Positions 18,851 through 28,642 of a DNA stretch of 64,000 nucleotides are shown piece by piece. The stretch comes from Acidobacteriota bacterium (GTDB lineage: Bacteria; Acidobacteriota; UBA890; WLXD01): assembly GCA_965205505.1 (NCBI GenBank), contig CBDBHB010000008.1:544001-608000 (forward strand). Reading direction: 5' to 3'. The first letter of the stretch is position 1, and every line of letters begins with the position of its first letter. The notes beneath the pieces were generated by a model. That model was not told where the DNA came from. It worked only from the letters and a program-made list of their open reading frames with translations, and made no database searches. A program made the position numbers and the translations under genes.

Positions 18851-19324
18851 TCAGTGGGTGACGTGGCTGAAGGTGCCGCGCCGGGGGTGTACGAGTCGCT
18901 CATAGTCTTGGAACGACATCCTGAACGTCTCGCGGTGATTGCCGGCGTTGAAGACGATGTACTCGTCGGCGGCGAGGCTCTCGTCGATGATTACCGGGAC
19001 GTCGTAGAGGTTGCCGAAGGGCGGCATGGCGCCCACTTCACAGTCCTCGAAGACCGCTCCGAACTCCTCCTCGGCCGCTAGCCGAACGCGCTCGGCGCCG
19101 ACCGCCTTGGCCGCGGTGTCGAACTCGATCTCGTGGTGCGCAGGGACGCAGAGCATCACCAGGCTGTCATCCGCCTTCACCATGACGACCTTGACGAAGT
19201 TCTTCCCGGGGACGTGCTCGGCGGCCGCGACCTCCTGCGCGGTATAGGTCTCGGGATGCACCACCACGGAGAACTCGGCTCCGTGCTCCTGCAAGTAGCT
19301 CGCAAGTCGTTGACGTCCGTCCAT
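18851..19324 (-). CDS. YbaK/EbsC-family aminoacyl-tRNA deacylase
   Basis: HPETYTAQEVAA...VKVVMV...CEVGAMPPFG...FNAGNH; GGGAGAG RBS. Confidence 0.92.
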   Translation of the reverse strand: MDGRQRLASYLQEHGAEFSVVVHPETYTAQEVAAAEHVPGKNFVKVVMVKADDSLVMLCVPAHHEIEFDTAAKAVGAERVRLAAEEEFGAVFEDCEVGAMPPFGNLYDVPVIIDESLAADEYIVFNAGNHRETFRMSFQDYERLVHPRRGTFSHVTH

Positions 19325-19362
19325 CTCTCCCTCCCGACCCGGCAGGCCAACAGTCACACCCT

Positions 19363-20532
19363 CTAGCGGCTCGCCCCGACAGTGTCCCCTTCCGGCGCCG
19401 GTTGTAAAGCCAGTCGAACCGGTTGCCGCTTCGGGCCCCAGGAGCCGGGGGCCGATTCGAAAACACCGGCGCACGGGGTGCCGCACGCGGCACAAGCGCC
19501 GGCGGTCGGGTTCGCGCCCCCGTCTCCCTGCACATCCAGGTTCCACGCGGTCAGCAGGTACCAGTCGCGACCGATGAGGCGCTCCCCGCAAGCGTGACTA
19601 TAGGTGCTGCCCCCTTGTTCATCGTGGACGTTGCCGGTGTAGGCGTAGCGGACACCGTTGCTCACGGCGATCTCGCGGGCCCGCACCAGCGTCGCGGCCG
19701 GGGTCCTGGGTCGGTCCATCATCTTGTAATCGGGATGGAAGGCGGTGAAGTGGACGGGCACCGCGGGGCCGAGCTTGTCGACGATCCAGGCGCTCATCTC
19801 GTCGAGCTCCGCATCGGAGTCGTTGAGGCCGGGAATCAAGAGGTTGGTGATCTCGAACCAGACGTCGGTCTCGTGGGCGAGGTACTCGAGCGTCTCTAGC
19901 ACCGGGGCCAGCTCCGACAGCGTCACGCTCTTGTAGAACTCCTCGGTAAACGCTTTCAGGTCGACGTTGGCCGCGTCCATGTGGGCATAGAACTCGGCCC
20001 TGGGTTCGGTGCACACGTAGCCGGCTGTCACCGCCACCGTTTTGATTCCCCTCTCGCGGCAGGCATCGGCGACGTCGATCGCATACTCGTGAAAGATCAC
20101 GGGATCGTTGTAGGTGAAGGCTATGCTGCGCGAGCCCGATTCCTCGGCGGCGCGAGCCATCGCCTCGGGCGTCGCCTGGTCGGCGAGCGTATCGAACTCC
20201 CGTGACTTGCTGATATCCCAGTTCTGGCAGAATCGGCATGCGAGGTTGCAACCGGCCGTGCCAAACGACAGGACAGGGGTTCCGGGCAGGAAGTGGTTCA
20301 GTGGCTTCTTCTCGATCGGATCAACGCAAAAACCGCTCGAGCGACCGTAGCTCGTGAGAACGATCTGGTCCCCGTCACTGGCGCGCACGAAGCAGTGGCC
20401 CTGCTGCCCCTCGCGCAGCCGGCAGTAGCGCGGGCACAGATCGCACTGGATGCGGCCGTCTTCGAGCTGGTGCCAAAAGCGGCCGGGGTAGACATCGGGC
20501 GCCGTGGAGATTTGTCCCGAAAGAGCGGTCAT
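19363..20532 (-). CDS. amrS: AmmeMemoRadiSam system radical SAM enzyme
   Basis: CDLCPRYC, DPIEKKPLNHF, GCNLACRFCQNW, AFTYNDP, NVDLK and HFTAFHPDY. Confidence 0.93.
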   Translation of the reverse strand: MTALSGQISTAPDVYPGRFWHQLEDGRIQCDLCPRYCRLREGQQGHCFVRASDGDQIVLTSYGRSSGFCVDPIEKKPLNHFLPGTPVLSFGTAGCNLACRFCQNWDISKSREFDTLADQATPEAMARAAEESGSRSIAFTYNDPVIFHEYAIDVADACRERGIKTVAVTAGYVCTEPRAEFYAHMDAANVDLKAFTEEFYKSVTLSELAPVLETLEYLAHETDVWFEITNLLIPGLNDSDAELDEMSAWIVDKLGPAVPVHFTAFHPDYKMMDRPRTPAATLVRAREIAVSNGVRYAYTGNVHDEQGGSTYSHACGERLIGRDWYLLTAWNLDVQGDGGANPTAGACAACGTPCAGVFESAPGSWGPKRQPVRLALQPAPEGDTVGASR

Positions 20533-20732
20533 CGTCTTTGAGATAGCGCGGGTAAACCGTTCCCGTATTCAACAAGCGCCGAGCGGCCGTGGACACTGGG
20601 CTGGTTGGGCGGTACGAAAACGCCTTCCTCGATGAAGCATGCGGCCCAGCCTTCCCAGTCTCGCGTGCGAAAGGCCTCTTCCACCGCCCGCACGTGGTCC
20701 CCGAGTGCTGCAAAGGCTTCTGAATACAGCAT
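20529..20732 (-). pseudogene. SnoaL/DUF4440-like fragment
   Basis: EEAFRTRDWEGWAACF.EEGVFVPPNQPSVHGR; truncated at the amrS junction. Confidence 0.6.
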
Positions 20733-20862
20733 GATTCCCCTCCTGGTCGGTACTCGTGCTATTGGCAGCCGTCGTTGAACCCGGCCGAACTCGGCTCCGT
20801 CCTCGTCTCGTACGACGAGGGTGTCGCCCATCGATGACCTCGAGCGTATTCATGGGCGGGGC

Positions 20863-21075
20863 CTACTCCTCGAGCTCGTGAAGACCGGCCATCTGTCGAT
20901 GTCCGTTGACCTGAGCCTGACTGAGGTCGATCCGCAAATGACCGCAGCCGCAGTAGTCGACCGCTCCGGTAGATAGGTTCGAGGCGTGAACCCGGACGAT
21001 ACGCCTGCACTTGCACCGATAGCTGACCTGCCCTGACAGAAGGTCCATCTTTAAGGGGATGAGCTGGCTTCTCAT
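20863..21075 (-). CDS. Small Cys-rich protein resembling phage HNH/AP2-associated zinc modules
   Basis: CKCRRIVRV..SNLSTG..DYCGCG; coupled to the upstream ORF. Confidence 0.5.
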   Translation of the reverse strand: MRSQLIPLKMDLLSGQVSYRCKCRRIVRVHASNLSTGAVDYCGCGHLRIDLSQAQVNGHRQMAGLHELEE

Positions 21076-21398
21076 TGGGCCGCCTTGGCCCGCAGGCCGG
21101 CCAGGCGCTTAGCCAGCCTCTCTGGAACGGCCCCAAGGGCCTTCGCTTGTCGTTCGTACCGCTCGAGGATCGCGAGCTCGTCGGCCGGCTGCTCCTTCTT
21201 CCGGTAGATGATGGCCAGGTGTTCGTAGTACCACGGATCAACCCCCCAGCCTCCGCCGTCGGCCTCGGCCTCGGAGGCGTCCACCAGGCGCAGGAGAAGC
21301 TCCTTCGCGCCATCGAGGTCGCCCACCCGCTTGAGGCGACGAACCTCCACCACGTAGGCCGAGTAGTGCCGTCCGTCGACGAAGCCCAGCTTGCTCAT
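21072..21398 (-). CDS. Hypothetical TPR-like helical protein
   Basis: PWYYEHLAIIYRKKEQPADELAILERY. Confidence 0.7.
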   Translation of the reverse strand: MSKLGFVDGRHYSAYVVEVRRLKRVGDLDGAKELLLRLVDASEAEADGGGWGVDPWYYEHLAIIYRKKEQPADELAILERYERQAKALGAVPERLAKRLAGLRAKAAQ

Positions 21399-21488
21399 GC
21401 TCGTCGGCCTCTCACTGGAGGGCTCGGTAGGTGGTCGGGGTCATGGGACGGGACGCGCTGCAGCCGTGAAGGGGCACCGGATCAAGCG

Positions 21489-21682
21489 CGGCTACATGCG
21501 AGGCCCCCCAGCGCGGGACTCTCGACACTAGCTCTCCCTCTACAGTCCCAGTGTTGCCCGCTAGCGGCGGTCGGGGTTGCGGCCAAACTTGTCCCGCGCC
21601 GAGAGGTAACCTCATCCTAGTCGCAACGGGGGCGACTCGGCTACAGCGCGGGGAGCACTGAGCAACTCGGACACGGCTACAT
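21489..21682. repeat. ~185-195-bp non-coding repeat, left copy
   Basis: Aligns by eye with 22314-22540; core GTCCCG.GCC.AGAGG.AAC..CATCCTAG. Confidence 0.85.
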
Positions 21683-21863
21683 GATGCGGGGAGCTAAGTT
21701 TCTGCCCGCGACTTTCCCTATTTCTGATAGTGGGGCGAAGTAGTCGCGGGCCATCGCCGATCGGGCGGCGCCGGCGGAGGTGGAGGAGGAAGAGGAGGAG
21801 GAGGAGGCTCCGGATATTTCCCTGTGTCCTGCGCCGTCCACAGTTTGTCGCTCTTCGGATCGG

Positions 21864-22136
21864 TCACTTAGTACCGTTCTCTTGTCTGGCGGCGAGGGCG
21901 CGGTCGATGGCATCATGTTTGAGCCTGGCGTGGATATCCTCGCTTACCCGCACCGCCCGCACCAGCGCCTCTACCTTCTCGGTGCATGTTTCCAGCAGGC
22001 CGTTGTCCACGTCGCGGGCTATCAACGCGCCGGCTAGTTTGCTCACTGCTTCCCGCGCCTCGTCGCGTAGGCTGTCGATGGTGGCGTCCATTTTCTCGAT
22101 GGCGGCTTCATATTGCTGTTTGGTGAACGGCATCAT
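21864..22136 (-). CDS. Small coiled-coil hypothetical protein
   Basis: MMPFTKQQYEAAIEKMDATIDSLRDEARE; GAGGG RBS. Confidence 0.55.
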   Translation of the reverse strand: MMPFTKQQYEAAIEKMDATIDSLRDEAREAVSKLAGALIARDVDNGLLETCTEKVEALVRAVRVSEDIHARLKHDAIDRALAARQENGTK

Positions 22137-22313
22137 GCCCCTCGGACCCCGTAATTCTGGGGATTTTCGATACAACATGCAAGGCTGCGTAGCGCCTTCT
22201 CGCTCGCTAGGTTCCCCAGACCCCCCCCCAACACGGGACGCCGCCGCTAATTGGACCTGGGACAGGCGCAGTCCTCTCGGGAAGCCTGCTACGGCGGTGA
22301 AGCACCCAAGCTC

Positions 22314-22540
22314 GTCCCGTGCCGAGAGGCAACAACCATCCTAGTCGCAACGGAGTCGACTCGGCTACAGCGGGGGGCGCACGGAGCAACTCGGACACGG
22401 CTACATACGAGCCCTCCCAACGCGAGACGCTCGCCGCTAGGCGTCTGTCTCTATCTACTTTCCTAGTGCTGCCCGCGTAGCGACTGCCATGGGGTCGCTG
22501 CCGGGCGCGTCCCGCGCCAAGAGGTAACACCATCCTAGAC
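22314..22540. repeat. ~190-bp non-coding repeat, right copy (about 1.2 tandem units)
   Basis: Core recurs at 22314 and 22509 (period 195 bp). Confidence 0.85.
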
Positions 22541-22630
22541 TCCCAGCAGCCCAACCGGGTAGTGCCTAGTGAACTGCGTCCTTCTTCGTGCCAACCGTCG
22601 GGTCGAGCTCGATGACTACGGTCCCTCCCG

Positions 22631-22659
22631 TGGACCCTCGCGTGCCCCAGCGATAGTCT
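22631..22659 (+). promoter_or_regulatory. Sigma70-like promoter shared by the two kinase genes
   Basis: TGGACC-N17-TAGTCT; homologous TGGACC-N17-TAGGCT at 28847-28875. Confidence 0.6.
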
Positions 22660-22691
22660 GCAGGCGCTCACCCCCCCTCTGCGGTAGCGCC

Positions 22692-22991
22692 ATGGAACCT
22701 GGCACCAAACTAGGCCCCTACGAGATCACCGAGCAGCTCGGCGCTGGCGGCATGGGTGAGGTGTACCTGGCGCAGGACACGCGCCTGGGCCGCAAGGTGG
22801 CCATCAAGGTGCTGCCTGCCGAGTTCGCCTCTGACCCCGAGCGCCTGGCCCGCTTCGAGCAGGAGGCCCGCGCTGCCGCTGCCCTGAATCACCCGCACAT
22901 CGCCGCCGTCTTCGATGTCGGCACCGAGGACGGCACCCACTTCATGGTGCAGGAGTACCTGGAGGGAGACACGCTTCGGGAGCCGCTGAAG
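22692..22991 (+). pseudogene. Ser/Thr protein kinase, N-lobe only
   Basis: [33 protein letters not shown]; breaks before HRD. Confidence 0.9.
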
Positions 22992-23180
22992 TTGTGCCGC
23001 GGACGCAGCGCGAGGATACTCGCAAGAACAACTGTAGAGCGAGCGCCGAGTCTCTCTCACCGTGGCCCGGTGTTGACAATTCCGCTGCGAAGAACCGCAA
23101 ACAACCGCAAGTAACACTAAGTCTCGGCTGCGCTAAACGCTGATAACGGCAAGCGATCGCAACTATTCGTCATCATGTCC

Positions 23181-23228
23181 CCGTTTCACACGGCGGAAGT
23201 CCCAGGTTCGAATCCCGGTTGCCCCCAC
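23181..23228 (+). repeat. Degenerate 3' half of tRNA-Val(CAC) (att scar)
   Basis: CCGT-TTCACAC-GGCGG-AAGTC-CCAGGTTCGAATCCCGG-TTGCCCCCAC; no 5' half. Confidence 0.65.
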
Positions 23229-23444
23229 TTTCCCGTATCGCGCCGTCCGCTCGCCCAGCGACGTCGGATGCTGCTGCCCGGAAACTCAGCGGACGCTATC
23301 GGACACTAATCGGACACCTACGTGTTCCCATTTCTTCGAATCCCTTCGAAGTCTATCGAAAGGAGAAGGGATCATAACCTCTTGAGAATCAGTCGGTTCC
23401 GAGAAGCCCAGAGCGCTATCGAGCCCCTTCGAAAACAGGGTTCA

Positions 23445-23504
23445 CCGGACTCAAAATCCGGTGGGCTTACGCTCGTGAGGGTTCGAGTCCCTCCCTCGGT
23501 ACTT
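23445..23504 (+). repeat. tRNA-Leu 3' duplication (attR 1)
   Basis: 60 bp identical to 8091-8150. Confidence 0.95.
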
Positions 23505-23752
23505 CTTTAGATACAACGAGTTACAGTATTCTCGACGCCACTAGGGGCGTCAGGTAGCGGTTGCGTGGGGCCACATTTGGGGCCACATCACAGCGCAAGA
23601 TCGGTCCCCATAGCAAGGATCGATAAAGATCGAGAGCAGCCAGCAACACCGCGACGACAGGCGTTGCGGGAAATAGCCAGGTATCACGGGCGATCGCGGC
23701 AGGTGCGCGAAATGGGGTGAACCCTCCGCCGCTAACGCACGTCCGCCTTCCG

Positions 23753-24514
23753 TCAGAAGTCCTTGACCCGCTTGATGGTCTCCGCGTCGAGGAAGCAGGC
23801 GACGGTGGCCTCCCGTTCCAGCCGCATCGCAGCAGCGAGGTCCGTCATCGCCGTGCGGTAGAGCGTCCGGCGCATGGCGCGTACCGCCAGCGGCGGCAGC
23901 TCGGCGAGCTGGCGCGCCACAGCGCGCGCCTCGTCCATCAGCGCGGCATCGGGCACCACGCGCCAGGCAATGCCGTACTCGCGCAGCGTTGCGGCGTCGT
24001 AGCGCGCACCGAGAAACAGCATCTCTCTCGCGCGGTTGAGGCCGACCAGCGCTGGCAGCAGTGCGGTGACGCCGCCGGTGACGAACAGGTTGAGCGAGAC
24101 CTCCGGGAAGAAGCCCTTGGCGCTTTCGGCCCAGATCGGAAAGTCGCAGTTGATCGCCCATTCGAAGCCGCCGCCGACGGCCCAGCCGTTGATCGCGCCA
24201 ACCACCGGCTTGCCGCCGAAGACGATGGCGTCGGTCGCGCGCTGGATCGCGTCGACGATGTCGCGTGCAGCGGCCTCGGTCTCCGGGTGCGTGTGCTCGC
24301 GCCGGTCATCGCCGGCACAGAACCCGCGGCCGGCGCCGGTGAAGATCACTGCCCGCGTGTCGGGGTCGGCGTCGGCGTCGGCGAAGGCCTGCGCCACGTC
24401 GTCGATCAACTGGCGGTTCATGGCGTTGAGGCTCTCCGGCCGATTAAGCGTGATGGTGCGGACGCCGTCGGCCTCGCGCTCGCTCAGCACCGTCGCGTAG
24501 CCGAATGCAGTCAT
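23753..24514 (-). CDS. Enoyl-CoA hydratase/isomerase family protein
   Basis: TLNRPESLNAM, GFCAGDD, AINGWAVGGGFE, FPEVSL. Confidence 0.93.
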   Translation of the reverse strand: MTAFGYATVLSEREADGVRTITLNRPESLNAMNRQLIDDVAQAFADADADPDTRAVIFTGAGRGFCAGDDRREHTHPETEAAARDIVDAIQRATDAIVFGGKPVVGAINGWAVGGGFEWAINCDFPIWAESAKGFFPEVSLNLFVTGGVTALLPALVGLNRAREMLFLGARYDAATLREYGIAWRVVPDAALMDEARAVARQLAELPPLAVRAMRRTLYRTAMTDLAAAMRLEREATVACFLDAETIKRVKDF

Positions 24515-25827
24515 GTGTAGGTTCTCCAGACGCGGCGAGTCTTTCCTTCGGTGCGCGGCAGGCTGAGCGGTGGCAGCACCGTCACCCGCGCCGTGGCGCC
24601 AAGCTCCCGCTTGATTGCCGCCTCGATGCTGGCCGCCAGATCAGCGCCGTCCTGCCCTTCGGCTAGCTCGACCTCGACCGGCAGCACATCGTAGGGCGGC
24701 GGCCGGTCGAGCACGATGCGGTACTCGCCGCTCGCCGCGTCGAAGCGGTTGAGCACGGACGCCACCATGGTCGGGTATGTATTGAGACCGCGCACCACCA
24801 CCATGTCGTCGCTGCGGCCGACGACGCGGAACCGCGGTACCGTGCGGCCGCAGTCAGCCCGGCCGGTGCCGGTCAACGTGACGATGTCGCCGGTGCGGAA
24901 GCGCACCAGCGGCTGGCAATCCTTAGCGAGGTGGGTCAGCACCAGCTCGCCGGACTCGCCCTCGCGCCACGGCAGCCGGATGCCGGCGTCGGGGTCGATC
25001 AGCTCCGCCTCCAGCACGTCGGTCGCCATGAGGTGCAGGTCGTTGCAGAGTTCCGTCTGGCCGGCGAAGTTGCACAGCACGTCGGAGACGCCGTAGTTCG
25101 CGTTGCGGGCGCGGAAGCCCCAGGTCTCCTCCAGCCGGGCACGGAACGCCGGGTCGTCGAGGCCGGGCTCTCCGCCGAACAGGCCGAGCTGCAGGCCGAG
25201 GTCACGCGGCGCCAGGCCGGGATAGTGCTCCGCCAGGACCTGCCCCAGCACCGCCGGATAGGAGGGCGTGCAGGAGATCGCGGTGACGCCGAGCTCGCGG
25301 ATCACCCGGATCAGGCCCGTACTGCCGCCGACCCCGTAGGGGATCACCGTGGCGCCGGTGGCCTCCAGCGTCGTGTGGTCGGTGAACCCGCCCATCCAAA
25401 GCTGATAGTTGAGACAGTGCACCACCCGGTGGCCCGGTCCGAGTCCGGCAGCGGACTGGGCGCGCGCGCCGACCGCAGCGGTCATCCTCGCGTCCGCGGC
25501 CGACAGCGCCAAGTTCATGGCGTCGCCGGTGGTCGCCGAGGTGCGGTGGACGCGGCAAATTTCCTGCGGCGGCGCGGCGAGGTAGCTGCCGAACGGCGGC
25601 TGGGCGCGCTGGTCGGCGCGCAGCATCTCCTTGTCAGTGAACGGCAGGTCCGCCAGCTCCGCGAGGTCGCCGGTCAGTTTCAACCCGGCGAAGTGCCTTG
25701 CGTAGAACACGGACGCGCGCGCTACATAGGCGCTCTGCGCGCGCCAACGGTCTGTGCGGATCGCTGCGAGGTCGCCTTCGTCGAGGAACTCTGCCCCATC
25801 GATCGCGTGCTGTGTCCGCACCGTCAT
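24511..25827 (-). CDS. Phenylacetate-CoA ligase family protein
   Basis: LPFTDK, HRTSATTG, GGEPG, PLVRFRTGD, GRSDDMVVVRGLN, GKTRRV. Confidence 0.9.
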   Translation of the reverse strand: MTVRTQHAIDGAEFLDEGDLAAIRTDRWRAQSAYVARASVFYARHFAGLKLTGDLAELADLPFTDKEMLRADQRAQPPFGSYLAAPPQEICRVHRTSATTGDAMNLALSAADARMTAAVGARAQSAAGLGPGHRVVHCLNYQLWMGGFTDHTTLEATGATVIPYGVGGSTGLIRVIRELGVTAISCTPSYPAVLGQVLAEHYPGLAPRDLGLQLGLFGGEPGLDDPAFRARLEETWGFRARNANYGVSDVLCNFAGQTELCNDLHLMATDVLEAELIDPDAGIRLPWREGESGELVLTHLAKDCQPLVRFRTGDIVTLTGTGRADCGRTVPRFRVVGRSDDMVVVRGLNTYPTMVASVLNRFDAASGEYRIVLDRPPPYDVLPVEVELAEGQDGADLAASIEAAIKRELGATARVTVLPPLSLPRTEGKTRRVWRTYT

Positions 25828-26059
25828 CCGCCGTACAAATAGCCAGGATTGAATTTGCTGCAACCCAGACTGTCTACCACTCGACAGTCTCCCTGTCTCG
25901 GCTCCTGTTGCCGGTTATGCTCCCGTGCGGCAAGCGCTCAGGTGGGGGTCGCTGCCAGCAAAGCAGCAGCAACTAGCCGCGGGGGCTGCAGCGCTGCGGC
26001 TTCACCGCGATTGGTTGAGCGAACGACCCACTGACCAACCACCTGCCTGTTCCCGTCGC

Positions 26060-28030
26060 CTAGGGGAGCGCCACCGCGACGTACTCCGGCGGGTGGTTCT
26101 GGTCGCCGACCGACACGACGATGTACTGCCTACCGTCTAGCATGTAGGTCATGGGGCCGGCTGTGGTTCCGGATGGCAACTCCATGGCCCACACCACGTC
26201 GCCGGTAGCCTTGTCATAGGCGCGAAAGACCCTGCCCCAGGCCCACTCCTCGTCGAGGGTACCCATGACGGCGTTGCTGCCCTCTCCGAGGAAGAGCAGG
26301 GTCTTGGTCAGCAGCGGCGCCGGACGGTTCGGAACGCCGAGCGGCGGCAGGTTCAGGTGCCGCAGCAACGGGTGCTTTCGCTGCCCGTCGCCGTTGGCCG
26401 CCATCCACAGCTGCTCGCCGCGGTTCAGGTCCAGGGCCGTGATGCGGCCGTGGGGGGGCTTCATGATGAACAGCCCGTCGATCGTGGGCGCGGCGGCCGG
26501 CTCGTAGGCGTACTCCATGGTCGCCGCCGGGTCGGTCTGCTTGACTGCGTTGCGGTTCGTCGGGCCGTAGGAGCTGTTGGAGACCGCGTAGTAGACGCCG
26601 GTCTCCGGGTCGAACGCGCCAGTGTTCCAGTTGCCCGCGCCCCAGGAGCCGGGGTACAGCAGCGAGCCCTTCGTGCCTCCGGGCTCGTCGCTGGGGACGG
26701 AGGGCGGCGTGAACAGGGGCCCGGTGACGTACTGGCTGGCGAGCTCGCGCGCCTGGCGGTTGAGCGCCGGCGTGTAGTCGATCAGGTCGGCTTCGGTGAT
26801 GCCCTGCCAGTCGAACGGCGGCGGCTTGGTGGGGAACGGCTGTGTCGGCGAGGCTGCCTCCCCGGGCACCGTCGACGCCGGCACCGGGCGCTCCTCGATG
26901 GGCCACAAGGGCTCGCCGTTCCGGCGGTCGAACACGAACAGGAACGCGTGCTTGGTGGGCTGCATCACCACCGGGATCCGGCGCCCGTCGACCGTGATCT
27001 CGCCCAGCGTCGCCGGGCCGATGGGCTCGTAGTCCCACAGGCCATGGTGGATCATCTGGAAGTGCCAGACGCGCTCACCGGTCTGCGCGTCGAGCGCCAC
27101 GAGGCTGTTGGAAAAGAGGTTGTCGCCCGGCCTCCAGCCCCCGTACCAGGCGGTCGTCGGAGCCGAGAACGCCACATACACGTGGCCGAGCTCCTCGTCG
27201 GCGCTCATCAGCGACCAGGCACCCATGTCGCCGGCGACCTTCCACGAGTCGTTGCCCCAGGTCGAGACGCCGAACTCGCCTTCTTGTGGCACCACGTGGA
27301 ACGTCCACAGCAACTCGCCCGTGCGCACGTCATAGCCACGGGCATCCTCGGGAACCGCTTCCCTCTTGTTGCCCCTGTCCCCGGCGCCGGCGGTTAAGCC
27401 GCTGACCACAACGACATCACCGACGATGATCGGGCCGCTGCTGTCGCTGAACCTGCCGGCGAGCGGCTGACGATCCTCGAACCTCAGGCTGACCCTGCCG
27501 TCGTCGCCGAAATCACCGTACGGCTCGCCGGTGCCGGTGTTGAGTGCGTACAGATACTCGCCGCGAACCGCGAGGATCCGGTCGTCTCCAGAGCCACTGC
27601 TCCAGTAGTCGACGCCACGAGTGGACTCGCCCTCGGCCTCCTCCTGGGTGAACTCGACGAGCTCCTGTTCCCAGACGATCTCGCCGGTGGCTGCGTCGAG
27701 GGCGATCACCAGGCCGTGGGCGTCCTGCGTGTAGAGCACACCGTCGACGAAGATCGGCGTGGAGCGCAGGTAGGCGCTGGGGAACAGGTCGGGAAACGCC
27801 TCGGTGAGCTCGCTGCGCACTGCCGGGCGCCGCCAGACGATACGCAGGTCGGCGACGTTGTCGCGGTGAATCTGATCGAGGGGGGAGTAGCGGGTGAACG
27901 CTTTGCTGCCACCGAAGTAGCTCCACTCCGACTGCTGTGGTTGTGTAGGCGGGGTTGTTGCGGCCGGTAGCGCCCCCGCACCGAGGCTGGCCATGAGGCA
28001 GATGATGACGGAATGGCGGAAACGAGCCAT
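26060..28030 (-). CDS. Secreted PQQ-dependent (quinoprotein glucose-type) dehydrogenase
   Basis: Signal peptide; RYSPLDQI, WHFQMIHHGLWDY, PTQPFP, PMTYMLDGRQYIVV. Confidence 0.9.
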   Translation of the reverse strand: MARFRHSVIICLMASLGAGALPAATTPPTQPQQSEWSYFGGSKAFTRYSPLDQIHRDNVADLRIVWRRPAVRSELTEAFPDLFPSAYLRSTPIFVDGVLYTQDAHGLVIALDAATGEIVWEQELVEFTQEEAEGESTRGVDYWSSGSGDDRILAVRGEYLYALNTGTGEPYGDFGDDGRVSLRFEDRQPLAGRFSDSSGPIIVGDVVVVSGLTAGAGDRGNKREAVPEDARGYDVRTGELLWTFHVVPQEGEFGVSTWGNDSWKVAGDMGAWSLMSADEELGHVYVAFSAPTTAWYGGWRPGDNLFSNSLVALDAQTGERVWHFQMIHHGLWDYEPIGPATLGEITVDGRRIPVVMQPTKHAFLFVFDRRNGEPLWPIEERPVPASTVPGEAASPTQPFPTKPPPFDWQGITEADLIDYTPALNRQARELASQYVTGPLFTPPSVPSDEPGGTKGSLLYPGSWGAGNWNTGAFDPETGVYYAVSNSSYGPTNRNAVKQTDPAATMEYAYEPAAAPTIDGLFIMKPPHGRITALDLNRGEQLWMAANGDGQRKHPLLRHLNLPPLGVPNRPAPLLTKTLLFLGEGSNAVMGTLDEEWAWGRVFRAYDKATGDVVWAMELPSGTTAGPMTYMLDGRQYIVVSVGDQNHPPEYVAVALP

Positions 28031-28299
28031 TGCAGGTCCTCCTGAACTGGTCTCCAGTCCCTGCGAACGAGCAGCTCGCAGGGCAGACGTACGCTTTAGT
28101 CGTGACAGAGTAACGGCATCGCCGTGGCTCTTCACCGGGACGCAACGTCGCCGGTCCATTGGCCACCCTCGCAGCCTTGCGACCCCGCGCCTGGGGCCGG
28201 GAGAGTCTAGCCTCGGCCACGACTATGCCTCAACCGGGCGAACGCCCGATCTCGTGGACATCCGTGGGTAAGTGGCCACGAAAAGAGCCTCTTCGAGGC

Positions 28300-28344
28300 A
28301 ACTGGGTCGACGAGCTGCAGCGACTCGTGCCGACGGAGCCGTAG
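28300..28344 (+). repeat. Orphan kinase C-terminal tail 1 (NWVDELQRLVPTEP*)
   Basis: Similar to the tails at 32975-33037 and 63124-63177 and to the C-terminus of the kinase at 28909. Confidence 0.8.
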
Positions 28345-28587
28345 CGGGCTCAGCGGAGTCTTGTGAGCCGCCCAGAGAGGTTCGATCCGGCCCTGCGTAA
28401 CGCGCTGGCCCGGCCACCCAGACGTGGCACAGTTTTTGGCACAGTACGCCCTGCATTGATCTGCAACGAAAGTGCATGATCGCGTACGATCTGCACCCCC
28501 GGCGAGCATACTGAGAGCCCGGCCCTAGGCGAAACTCCAGGGATGGCAAGGGGTTGCGGGCATGGGCGTTGAGGCACGTGCACCGTT

Positions 28588-28642
28588 CTCAAAATCCGGT
28601 GGGCTTACGCTCGTGAGGGTTCGAGTCCCTCCCTCGGTACTT
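28588..28642 (+). repeat. tRNA-Leu 3' duplication (attR 2)
   Basis: 55 bp identical to 8096-8150, starting at the anticodon loop. Confidence 0.95.

Larger units (their letters stand above)
8148..23504 (+). mobile_element. Integrase-less genomic island 1 at tRNA-Leu (~15.3 kb)
   Basis: Exact 60-bp duplication of 8091-8150 at 23445-23504. Matching tandem TCGGACAC repeats lie inside both ends (8212-8232 and 23299-23318). Confidence 0.8.

Noticed and set aside
21774-21807. GGA trinucleotide run
   Set aside because: Low-complexity tract with no convincing ORF or structure.
21489-22540. Possible CRISPR array
   Set aside because: Units are ~190 bp, degenerate and few, with no repeat-spacer periodicity and no cas genes in the window.
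28424-28445. Sigma54 promoter TGGCAC-N5-TTGG
   Set aside because: The -12 element is GG rather than GC and the motif is a tandem repeat near att, so it fits an arm site better.
23445-28642. Additional tRNA-Leu genes
   Set aside because: Both copies lack the acceptor 5' strand and D-arm, so they are att duplications.
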